From positions 37,588 to 101,587 of the IMG/VR virus record IMGVR_UViG_3300032245_001170: a stretch of DNA of 64,000 nt. One strand, 5' to 3'. Below the pieces are notes generated by a model, which did not search any database, had not been told where the DNA came from, and saw only the letters and a program-made list of their open reading frames with translations. This document shows positions 49,148 to 57,399 of the stretch, piece after piece (within the stretch, counting starts at the first letter, position 1; each line of letters begins with the position of its first letter). The position numbers and the translations under genes were made by a program. Source of the DNA: a virus.

Positions 49148-49431
49148 TTGAGATAGATAGAGAGCACACTGAATTACTGAAGGAATTGCGTGAGACTCAC
49201 AACCACAGCCCCTCTTGCGTTGCAGAACTACATACACAGCCTCTGTCGCGTCTATGACTATGCCTCTGCTCTTACTTAGGCAGGTAACTATCTCCCTGCG
49301 GGTGCCTCGGCACCTAAGTCCGTACTGTTTCGCTTCTTCACGCCCCCTCTATGATAATAGTTACACTCACATAGAATCCTCGTTCTCGGTGCAATCAACA
49401 GCCTATTCAGTGTGCCCTCTGTCCATCTCAA
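49148..49431 (-). ncRNA. Putative structured intergenic RNA C
   Basis: 27-nt terminal inverted repeat 49148-74/49405-31; internal three-way junction. Confidence 0.65.
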
Positions 49432-49455
49432 ACTTCGCGGGGAAGGATTGGTGTA

Positions 49456-49596
49456 TTACTTACAATTAGTGCAATAGTTAGTTGCCCTAATGTTCTTAAT
49501 GTGGACGCGGTAAGGCTGTCCACAGTGATGACATACAACATCAGTCATCTCTTTCTTTTTGCGGGTAATGCCTATCTTGATAGATAGTGTGAACAT
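49456..49596 (-). CDS. 46-aa Zn-ribbon peptide
   Basis: RBS GAAAGGA; CHHC..CTNC. Confidence 0.55.
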   Translation of the reverse strand: MFTLSIKIGITRKKKEMTDVVCHHCGQPYRVHIKNIRATNYCTNCK

Positions 49597-49626
49597 AACG
49601 ATCCTTTCATACTGATTGTTGGAAAT

Positions 49627-49884
49627 TTACTGTCTACCTGATGACCTACCATCTAATAGATGGGGGGAGTCTGCTTCCACGTAGGTAAAGCCTTGCTTAG
49701 GAACTAGGATAAGACGATACTGCTCTTGTCTGCTCCGTAGTTCATGGGCACAGATAGGATTGAAGCAATAGTGATAGCCTGCTTCCCATCTGGCTTGTAA
49801 CACAGGCTGTCCGCAATAGATACAAGACAGAGCATTATCTAATGCTTCTAGACAAGGCTCTGAATCACAACATTGACACTTCAT
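49627..49884 (-). CDS. Cys-rich small protein
   Basis: RBS AGAAAGG before MKCQCC; CIYC, C...C. Confidence 0.55.
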   Translation of the reverse strand: MKCQCCDSEPCLEALDNALSCIYCGQPVLQARWEAGYHYCFNPICAHELRSRQEQYRLILVPKQGFTYVEADSPHLLDGRSSGRQ

Positions 49885-50376
49885 AACTAGCCTTTCTAAT
49901 AGAAACACGGGATTATCTTTACGCAAGCACATTGCAACCCGTGTCTATCCTTGTGTAAATACTCTCAGATAGAGAGTGAGAGATACATAGGCTCAGGACT
50001 GTAATAGTCTCTGCGTTTAAGTCGTAAACACCTATGTATCTTCCACAACCTACCTGATAACAGCCATACACCATAGTCGTAGACCTGGTGTGTCTCCCAA
50101 TGCTCATAGTTAGATAATTAGCAGTAGCCAATTCTCTATGATGAGAGATGTATCACATTGTGAGATGAGAAAGCCCTAGCCGAACTTTGAAGGGGACGGC
50201 TAGGGCTTCTCGATAGACAGAAGACACGACAGCAGCAGACTAGACTCGGGGGAGAAAGCAGGTTCCCTATGGCTACGAACCAATAGGGCTTTATCCACTC
50301 CCCATCTACGCCCATAGATACTATGGACATAGAAAGGAAGTGGGCGGGGGTTTCCCCCCACCCACTAACTATCTAA

Positions 50377-50901
50377 CTAAGCAGATACTTTCTCTGATAC
50401 TAACTGGAACGACAAGAGTCGTTGTGCGGAAGCAATGAGGTCTTCCAACTCTTGACGAGCCTTTGGTGTCTTTACCATAGACACCTTCTGTAAGGACTTG
50501 ATGGCTGTGGCAATGTTTGCCTCAGCATCTAGACCGAACTTGGCTTTCTCTGCTTGGTCAAACAAGACCTTTGCGGCAATCTCTTTCTCAAGAGTGTTTA
50601 TCTGGGCAAAGAAGTCCTCAGACTCGTAGTCCAAGATGGACTCGATGACTTCATACTTCTTAGTGATGACATCACGCATAGCGTAGACAGTTTCTGGGGA
50701 AGTGCCGTAGCGGTATGAGATGTAACCCCCGAATAATACGAGAGCCTTAGCAGAGTCTAACTTCTCACCACTCGTGATGAAGTTAGATGGGACAAGCGTC
50801 TTATCTGCGCTGAAGTGCTTACTCGCTTGCTTGATGGACTCAACAGAGCCACCCTTGCCACGAGTCGCAAGGAGCGCGGATAGGTTTTCGCGTGCTGACA
50901 T
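50377..50901 (-). CDS. First gene of the early arm, unknown function
   Basis: 174 aa; RBS AGAAAG; followed by a GC hairpin. Confidence 0.7.
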   Translation of the reverse strand: MSARENLSALLATRGKGGSVESIKQASKHFSADKTLVPSNFITSGEKLDSAKALVLFGGYISYRYGTSPETVYAMRDVITKKYEVIESILDYESEDFFAQINTLEKEIAAKVLFDQAEKAKFGLDAEANIATAIKSLQKVSMVKTPKARQELEDLIASAQRLLSFQLVSEKVSA

Positions 50902-51066
50902 TTTCTTGCTTTCTACTGCTGGGAGACAGGGCTACCCAATACAGCGTGCCCCTACTAGGAGTTGCACCTAGTAGAGGCTAGCGAGAAAGTCTGCTGCTGT
51001 TATTACCTTGAACCTTTGGTGTCTGCCACCCTTGCCCCTCTATCTTAGTTTTCCGTTTTCTCCCAA

Positions 51067-51130
51067 TTTGTCCGTTTTGTCCGATTTGTCCGTTTTGACC
51101 CCCTATGCCTTAATTGTCCGTTTTGTCCGA
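51067..51130. repeat. Tandem 9-bp TTTGTCCG(T/A) repeats at the strand-switch junction
   Basis: Units at 51067, 51076, 51085, 51094 (degenerate), 51113, 51122. Confidence 0.85.
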
Positions 51131-51239
51131 GTTCGGCCAGGTGAGACAGATTGTTGAGGTTATTTACATACAGGCAGTGGCCTAAAAATCGGGGGGATTT
51201 GGGGGATTCTAGGCAGTAGCCGGGGAGTAGACTACCTAC

Positions 51240-51740
51240 ATGCCTAGAGGTTTCGATAATCCTAATTACTACCGTAGACGAGAGCAATCTGAATCTCAGG
51301 CGGGAGATGTTAAGCTCAATGTCATAGAGGCCGCTAAGGACAAGCTAGCGCCTGTAGACATGGTTCCAGTGAGCACGCCAGAGGGACGGGAAGCTCGAGC
51401 TTCGTCTATGAGTCCTACTAATCCATGTGGCCCTGGGTACGAGTACATTACAGCGCCTACATCTGGTCAGACAGACGCTTTAGGCCGTCCGCGCCCTAGA
51501 GCCTATTACGCCTGCTACTCAATAGATAGAGAGATGGAAGTACTAGTCATAGGCATGAGAGATGGCTCTATGATCCAGTACGATGGAGTAGACCCCGTTC
51601 TATGGGATGTATTGAAGAATTCAGACTCTACCGGCGCTTTTATCAATCTATACCTAGATGGAGCACCTTGGAGTAAGACAGACTACGCAAACCTCCCCCG
51701 CAAAAGGCCTGATGAGTTTCAGTATGGGATTGGTCGATAG
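51240..51740 (+). CDS. KTSC-domain protein
   Basis: L.I..RDG...QY.GV...W..L..S.S.G.FIN; TAGACT -10 six nt before ATG (leaderless). Confidence 0.7.
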   Translation: MPRGFDNPNYYRRREQSESQAGDVKLNVIEAAKDKLAPVDMVPVSTPEGREARASSMSPTNPCGPGYEYITAPTSGQTDALGRPRPRAYYACYSIDREMEVLVIGMRDGSMIQYDGVDPVLWDVLKNSDSTGAFINLYLDGAPWSKTDYANLPRKRPDEFQYGIGR

Positions 51741-51775
51741 TACGCTAGTATTGCTGTATCTACTGAAGGGCTCCC

Positions 51776-52342
51776 ATGACAACGCTAGCTGCAATTCAAG
51801 GTGATGGCTGGTCCGTTATTGGTTGCGACTCTCGTGCCTCTGACGAAGATGGTCGCTATATGGAGCTTGCCACATCTAAGATAATTAATAATAACGGTGT
51901 ACTGATAGCTGTCTCCGGCGCTTCTAGAGGTGGAAACATTACTCAATTTGGATGGAAACCTCCAAAGCCAGGTGCAACTATTGATTTAGATACATTTATG
52001 ACTAAGAAGTTTATTCCGTCAATGCGTAAAGCTTTCCAGGATGCAGGCTTTGAAGGTAAAGAAGATGGCGATGCTGCATGGCACGACTCTAACTTGCTTG
52101 TATCTGTTAGAGGAATCATCTACCCGATCTTTAATGACTACTCTTGGGATAGAGAAGCCCGCCGCGTTTACTATGCTGGCAGTGGTGGAGACTTAGCACT
52201 AGGTGCTCTTGAGGCTATGAACTACGACCGTATAACTACACCCGAGGCCGCCGAAAAGGTTTTGAAGAAGGCGATTGCAATTGCTATCAAGCACGACATA
52301 TATTCCGGTGGAGAGATCCATACATACATACAAGAGGCCTAA
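51776..52342 (+). CDS. Ntn-hydrolase protease, HslV/proteasome beta-like
   Basis: N-terminal MTT, DSR, K33-equivalent, GSGG..A.GAL, DIYSGG. Confidence 0.85.
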   Translation: MTTLAAIQGDGWSVIGCDSRASDEDGRYMELATSKIINNNGVLIAVSGASRGGNITQFGWKPPKPGATIDLDTFMTKKFIPSMRKAFQDAGFEGKEDGDAAWHDSNLLVSVRGIIYPIFNDYSWDREARRVYYAGSGGDLALGALEAMNYDRITTPEAAEKVLKKAIAIAIKHDIYSGGEIHTYIQEA

Positions 52343-52400
52343 TTTCTGTCATCATTTGTGAGTTCGACCGAACAACCACATTGATCAGTGAGGAAAAATA

Positions 52401-53138
52401 ATGGCAACAAATAACAATGGAAACTTGTTGGATTCATCCGGCAACGTTTTTGTAGATTTCGTTTGGGGAAACCTCTCCAAGCAACCAAATGATGAGCGTG
52501 CAGACGGTACCCCAACAATTACAACAACCGTTGGTGGAGACCAGAACGTTTCATGGACTTATTACAGCAAGATCAACAGTGCACGTCTTAACCCAGCACT
52601 AGGTGATCATTCCGATATTGAATCGGACTGGAGCGGTTTTCCAGCATTCACAGCTAACGATCCAGGCGAGAAGCTTGCAGGCGTTGCATACATCGCAGTA
52701 CCAAGCGTTGTTGGACTTACAACAGCTCTTGCTCTTGATGCTCTTAAGGATTCAGGTTACGAAGCAGCTAACATTACAACAGCTTCAGCTGCAACAAACG
52801 CAGCATCAACAATCACAGCAGTATCACGTACAGGTACAACTGCAACAATCACCTCAACAGGTGCAGGTGCAAAGTACCCAGTTGGTACAAAGATTACAGT
52901 TGCAAGCCTAGTATCACCAGATACAGCTCTCAACGGTACTTGGACAGTTACTGCAGCAAACACAGACACAATCTCATTTACAACAACTACATCTGGAGCC
53001 CTATCAACAACAGGTCTATCTGTTGCTGGTCTAACAGGCGTAGCAGGAACAATCAAGACACAGAGCACAGCAGCTGGTGCGAACTCAGTTCTAACAACAG
53101 CTACTATCACTGTGACACCTTACGCAACAGCTTCATAA
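52401..53138 (+). CDS. Thr/Ala-rich structural protein with a split PASTA-like domain
   Basis: VPSVVGLT...A..AL...G ... GTI..QS..AG. Confidence 0.6.
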   Translation: MATNNNGNLLDSSGNVFVDFVWGNLSKQPNDERADGTPTITTTVGGDQNVSWTYYSKINSARLNPALGDHSDIESDWSGFPAFTANDPGEKLAGVAYIAVPSVVGLTTALALDALKDSGYEAANITTASAATNAASTITAVSRTGTTATITSTGAGAKYPVGTKITVASLVSPDTALNGTWTVTAANTDTISFTTTTSGALSTTGLSVAGLTGVAGTIKTQSTAAGANSVLTTATITVTPYATAS

Positions 53139-53159
53139 TAGATTTACAACTAAATAGCG

Positions 53160-53187
53160 CAAAGGCCGGGAGAAATCCCGGCCTTTG
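53160..53187 (+). terminator. Intrinsic terminator
   Basis: AAAGGCCGGGAGAAATCCCGGCCTTT. Confidence 0.75.
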
Positions 53188-53224
53188 GCATTTATACAGC
53201 AAACAATAGTGGGAGTATTTAGAC

Positions 53225-53494
53225 ATGGCCAAAGAGAAGAAGCAGTTCAAGGTTAAAAAGCACAAGCACCACGCAACCGTGGGTCGCTTGGGCGGTGGCT
53301 ATGCTGTAGGCGGTATTCCTTGGTTCCAACTTTATTACGGTGGATACTGGGGCGGAACCGCACCCGGAAATGATAATAGCCCAAATGAAACCGCACAAAA
53401 CGGTTTTGGACAGGAGTCTGGTGATGGAGCAAGTAATGTATCCGGATCAGGAGGAGCTTCAGCTTCTGACGGTGGGGGTTCGGGAGCAATGTGA
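53225..53494 (+). CDS. Gly-rich hypothetical protein
   Basis: Basic N-terminus, GS-rich tail. Confidence 0.5.
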   Translation: MAKEKKQFKVKKHKHHATVGRLGGGYAVGGIPWFQLYYGGYWGGTAPGNDNSPNETAQNGFGQESGDGASNVSGSGGASASDGGGSGAM

Positions 53495-53627
53495 TAAGTG
53501 CTCTGCTAGAGCACAATTTGGCGCTTTTTTCCCTACAGGCGTCCTAACCTTCTGCGCCCACCACTACAACGAACAAGCAGATGCGCTTACAAAAACAGGC
53601 GCAGTAGTTAAAATGATATTAATCTAA
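53424..53627 (+). CDS. Small CxxC...CxHH zinc-binding protein
   Basis: CDKC.A.A......L.FCAHH; start uncertain. Confidence 0.55.
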   Translation: MEQVMYPDQEELQLLTVGVREQCDKCSARAQFGAFFPTGVLTFCAHHYNEQADALTKTGAVVKMILI

Positions 53628-53646
53628 CAAGGAACGGATCCTTATT

Positions 53647-54312
53647 ATGCCAGCACCACAGAACAACCAAGGTTTTGTACAGCCATCAAGTGGCGGAACC
53701 GGTAATTGGCTCGGAAAATTATTCGGAGGCATCGGAGATAAGTACCGCGCCCAGAATATGGCCCAACTTCAATTAAACTTACATACGCTTAAGGGCGATG
53801 TTGATACTGAAAATTTTAAAACAAGAACTGCATACTCAACTGGTTCTAAAGATTGGCTTGATGAACAGGTGTTTGAACGTGGCGGTCGAGCTATTGATCG
53901 TGGCATTGAAAAAGGCCCTGACCTAAATAAAAATAATATCGCAGGCTTTGATAGAAACTACATGCCTCAAATGCAAAGAACAGGTCAGAGAGTTAAAGAA
54001 AATAAAGCTGCTGACACTACAGATGCAACAATAAATACTCCACCTAATGATAATACGCCACCAAATAATACTCCACCTGTAGATCGTGGTGGAAATCCTA
54101 CACGTAAAGCTAAGGCACGCAACGCAACTCTTAAAGATACTATGGCAGCCTTATCTGCTGGAAAAATTGATAAGGAACAGGCAGCAGATATGAGCCCAAC
54201 CTATGCTCGTAATTTAGGTAAGAAGACAGCTTCAGAAAGTATAACTAATCCAGAGTCTAACGCAACTCCTGCAAAAGTTCGTAAACCTCGTACACCAAAA
54301 GCAGGTGCATAA
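53647..54312 (+). CDS. Hypothetical protein (possible internal virion protein)
   Basis: Low complexity; NNTPP repeats. Confidence 0.55.
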   Translation: MPAPQNNQGFVQPSSGGTGNWLGKLFGGIGDKYRAQNMAQLQLNLHTLKGDVDTENFKTRTAYSTGSKDWLDEQVFERGGRAIDRGIEKGPDLNKNNIAGFDRNYMPQMQRTGQRVKENKAADTTDATINTPPNDNTPPNNTPPVDRGGNPTRKAKARNATLKDTMAALSAGKIDKEQAADMSPTYARNLGKKTASESITNPESNATPAKVRKPRTPKAGA

Positions 54313-56603
54313 TGCCTAAAAAGAAAAAACCAAATATTGGAAAGATTGTTGCTACCGGCAAGAAGATTAAGACAGAGCGTCTTGAAAAAAGAAAAGCTGG
54401 TATTGAAGCTGCTCAAGCAGCTACCGTAGAAGAATTAAAGACTACTCCCAGAAAACCTGCTGCAAAGAAGGCAGCACCATCAGCTCCTAAAAAGCCTGCT
54501 AAAAAAGCACCGGCCCCAGGAAGTAGAGTAAATGAATTTGATCAACTTAAGTCTACTCTTAAAGCTGATGCACCAGAAAAAGTACAAGAACCTGGTCGTC
54601 CCGGAGCAGCTGAATTTTCTAGTGAAGGTGCACGTCAAGCAAATATGAGAGCGGCTGCAGAAAGAGCAGCAAATCCAGAAGTTCGTTATGATCTTAGTGA
54701 AATTCCTTCTGGATCAAAACCAGAAGATATAAAAGCAGTAAGCGCTGCTAAAGAAGATCCTAAGTTAACTCCAAAGCCAACTATGGAAGCTTTGCCTACC
54801 GAAGCTGAGCTAGCACTTCAACGTAGACGCAATGCTCCATTGGCTAGGCCACAAAAGTCTGGTATTTTAACTGGTGGTACTCCAGAGCGTTATACACCTA
54901 CTACAACCGATCCTTCAAACGACAAAACTCGTTTAAGTCGTGGTATGGGTATTGCAGGAGAAGAAAAGGGAATTATTTCTCATGCAATCAACCTATTGAA
55001 CCGAGACAATGAAGTTCTTTGGCGTAGTGGAAAGTTATTTGAAAAACCAAAGATTGCAACTAGCTATGAGGATGTCCGAGACACTCATCAACATCGTTTA
55101 GCAAAAGTTATGGATACTTTTAAAGTTTCAGAAGATGCTTTAAAGGCACACGCTGCTGCAGAAAAAGGCGGCTCACGCAGAGCTTACGAAGATACTATTG
55201 AGGAACTACATTCAGCTACTCAAGAACACAATGACTTCTACGGTAAAAAAGTTCAGCTAATGCCTGGACCAAACGATTCTTGGCAAGATCCATCTACTGG
55301 ACAAACACACCCAGTAGCTGCAAATCATCCAAATATGCCAGCAGCGTTTATGAGAACAAAGCAACCTATTACACGAACAACCATGACACCAGAAGGTCGT
55401 AAATTTAAGCGAGGTCACGAAGGTTGGGACTCTGTGACTGTTGCTGGTGGAACAAAAGTTTGGCGTCAACAGACTGCTCCTGAAGGAATGGACCTAGTAG
55501 ATCATCTTCGTACTCAAATATTGGCAAATCATGCTGCAGGCGCAGCTGGACGATCTAGAAAAGTTCGTGAAGCTACTACAGTAATTGATTCCCTCAAGGG
55601 TGGAAATAAAGTAATTGGTCTTAGACAACGTGGACGTGCAGAGCCTGGTACAGGAATTCCTGCTGTGTCTACACAACCTACGGCAAGTACTGAGCCAAGA
55701 AAACGTAACGCCGTAACTGTTAAGTATGACCCAGGTCAAAACTCAGTTACAGAAGCTTTAATTGCTCCTAAGGATGCCCCTACCGGTTTGCCTACAGGTG
55801 ATAAAACAAAGCCAAAACCAGTCAAGGCACGTTCAGGTAGAGTTCTTGTTAGAAAGGGAACTACTGGTTTACCTATTAGCTCTATGAACTTGAAAACAAG
55901 AGAGCCTGAAGTATCCGTAGATGGTGGAGTTGTACCTGCAAAGAATTTACTTCGACCTTTGGTAGATAAGAATGCAATGCTTCCTGACAAGGTTCCAGGT
56001 GCAGAAGTTGTTCCAACAGCTAAGCCTGTTAAAACAACTAAAGAAGAAAAAGCTTTAGCTGCTGCTAAAATGAAAGAGAAAGGCGAAAAGGCACGTGGTG
56101 TTGGTCCTTTACAGAAGAACACCGTAAACGTTGCTGGAAAGCCATCTCTACTTGCAAACCCTCAAATGGCTCTGCCTGGGTTTGAAAACGTAGAGAATCT
56201 TCGTGTTGGTGGAAGAGCTCAACGACTTCTAGCAGAGGCTCATGGAACTACTCCTAGAGAAACTACCGCTATGGAAGACGTACGCACTATTAAGAACGCA
56301 GGGTTGATTGTTAAGCCTACTCCAAGCACTAGCCGTGAGGTTGCTGTTAGAGAAGGTTCTCCAAGTCAAAAGAACAGGGCTAGAAAAGCCGCTATTCAAA
56401 CTCGTCAAACCAGTGGTCCAATGGAGCAACCTATGCTTCCAGGAAAAGAACTACGTTCAGCTGCTTTTGCTCAAGGCGGCACCACTGAAAAGATCAGTGA
56501 GAAGACTCGCGTTCTTCAAGGAGAAGCAAGAAAACCTTCTAGGTCTTCTAACCCAATCTACGTTGCAGCAAACAAAATTCTTGAAGAGAATAAAGATAAG
56601 TAA
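54312..56603 (+). CDS. Large basic, disordered protein
   Basis: 763 aa, K/P/A/R-rich, no Cys. Confidence 0.65.
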   Translation: MPKKKKPNIGKIVATGKKIKTERLEKRKAGIEAAQAATVEELKTTPRKPAAKKAAPSAPKKPAKKAPAPGSRVNEFDQLKSTLKADAPEKVQEPGRPGAAEFSSEGARQANMRAAAERAANPEVRYDLSEIPSGSKPEDIKAVSAAKEDPKLTPKPTMEALPTEAELALQRRRNAPLARPQKSGILTGGTPERYTPTTTDPSNDKTRLSRGMGIAGEEKGIISHAINLLNRDNEVLWRSGKLFEKPKIATSYEDVRDTHQHRLAKVMDTFKVSEDALKAHAAAEKGGSRRAYEDTIEELHSATQEHNDFYGKKVQLMPGPNDSWQDPSTGQTHPVAANHPNMPAAFMRTKQPITRTTMTPEGRKFKRGHEGWDSVTVAGGTKVWRQQTAPEGMDLVDHLRTQILANHAAGAAGRSRKVREATTVIDSLKGGNKVIGLRQRGRAEPGTGIPAVSTQPTASTEPRKRNAVTVKYDPGQNSVTEALIAPKDAPTGLPTGDKTKPKPVKARSGRVLVRKGTTGLPISSMNLKTREPEVSVDGGVVPAKNLLRPLVDKNAMLPDKVPGAEVVPTAKPVKTTKEEKALAAAKMKEKGEKARGVGPLQKNTVNVAGKPSLLANPQMALPGFENVENLRVGGRAQRLLAEAHGTTPRETTAMEDVRTIKNAGLIVKPTPSTSREVAVREGSPSQKNRARKAAIQTRQTSGPMEQPMLPGKELRSAAFAQGGTTEKISEKTRVLQGEARKPSRSSNPIYVAANKILEENKDK

Positions 56604-56606
56604 GCC

Positions 56607-56789
56607 ATGGCTAGAGTGGCTAGCTTTTCTCCAGAACCAGATAGACCTAATCGGTATAAATCCTTGCGCCATAACGCAAGAGAGGCTGCCGAGTATCTAA
56701 CTGGCTTACCTTACAAACAACCTAAGGCTCCTAAGTTTGATGTCTATAAGAAGCCTGGACGAGGCGCTAGCGGGGAGCACCAGAACTAA
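56607..56789 (+). CDS. Hypothetical protein
   Basis: Packed in operon. Confidence 0.5.
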   Translation: MARVASFSPEPDRPNRYKSLRHNAREAAEYLTGLPYKQPKAPKFDVYKKPGRGASGEHQN

Positions 56790-57079
56790 TGGGACGTAAT
56801 AAGAAAGACCTGCACTACGGCTCTAGAGACGGCCGTGGAGGCGTTGTACGCATGTCTGTGAGCGACCGTACCTCTAAGGCTGCTCGTCCCTGGAATGATC
56901 CTCAGGTTGTTAATGCCTCATCTAGTTATGGGGTTAAGTTTAATAGCTATAAAGAAGTTCATAAGTACGAGAATACCCTTGAATCTCAAGGATCACTTGA
57001 ATCCCACGAAAGATTTACCTGTGGGCCATGTGGTAAATTAAACGCCTCATGTGCGTGCAAGGGAGATAGTAATGGCTGA
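56789..57079 (+). CDS. Hypothetical protein with a C-terminal Cys cluster
   Basis: CGPCG...CAC. Confidence 0.55.
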   Translation: MGRNKKDLHYGSRDGRGGVVRMSVSDRTSKAARPWNDPQVVNASSSYGVKFNSYKEVHKYENTLESQGSLESHERFTCGPCGKLNASCACKGDSNG

Positions 57080-57362
57080 AGAAAAAAAGTTTGGTCCCTA
57101 CAAAGGTTCCAAAGCGAATGGAGGTCGCCCTATCTACGTTTACAAGAAAAAAGTAAACGGTAAGTGGGTTACAACATCGAAAAATAAGGCTCGTGCCGAT
57201 TACGAATCTAAAAACGGAAAACTACCTAGAGGAACGGATGTTGATCATAAAGACAACAACCACAGCAATGACTCTAAGGGAAATCTAAGAGCATTGAAGC
57301 ATGGTAAGAACACCGCAAAAGAGAATAAACGAAGAGCTGGTAAAAAAGAGAATCAGAAGTAA
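57072..57362 (+). CDS. HNH endonuclease-like protein
   Basis: DVDHKDNN..ND..GNL....H..N. Confidence 0.75.
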   Translation: MAEEKKFGPYKGSKANGGRPIYVYKKKVNGKWVTTSKNKARADYESKNGKLPRGTDVDHKDNNHSNDSKGNLRALKHGKNTAKENKRRAGKKENQK

Positions 57363-57395
57363 ATAAAAAAGGCCCGGTCTCCCGGGCCTTTTCTA
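57363..57395. terminator. Bidirectional terminator
   Basis: AAAAAAGGCCCGGTCTCCCGGGCCTTTT. Confidence 0.85.
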
Positions 57396-57399
57396 TTAT

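Noticed and set aside
44679-50980. tRNA, tmRNA, RNase P, group I/II intron, hammerhead or retron identity for the structured RNAs
   Set aside because: No cloverleaf/CCA end, catalytic core consensus or RT gene recognised; the T-loop-like hairpin at 50948-78 lacks the other tRNA arms
51067-51130. Possible CRISPR array or DnaA boxes
   Set aside because: Units are 9 bp with no spacers and do not match TT(A/G)TCCACA
51045-51287. 80-aa minus-strand ORF
   Set aside because: Its RTNRTK repeats simply translate the 9-bp DNA repeat, and it overlaps divergent promoters
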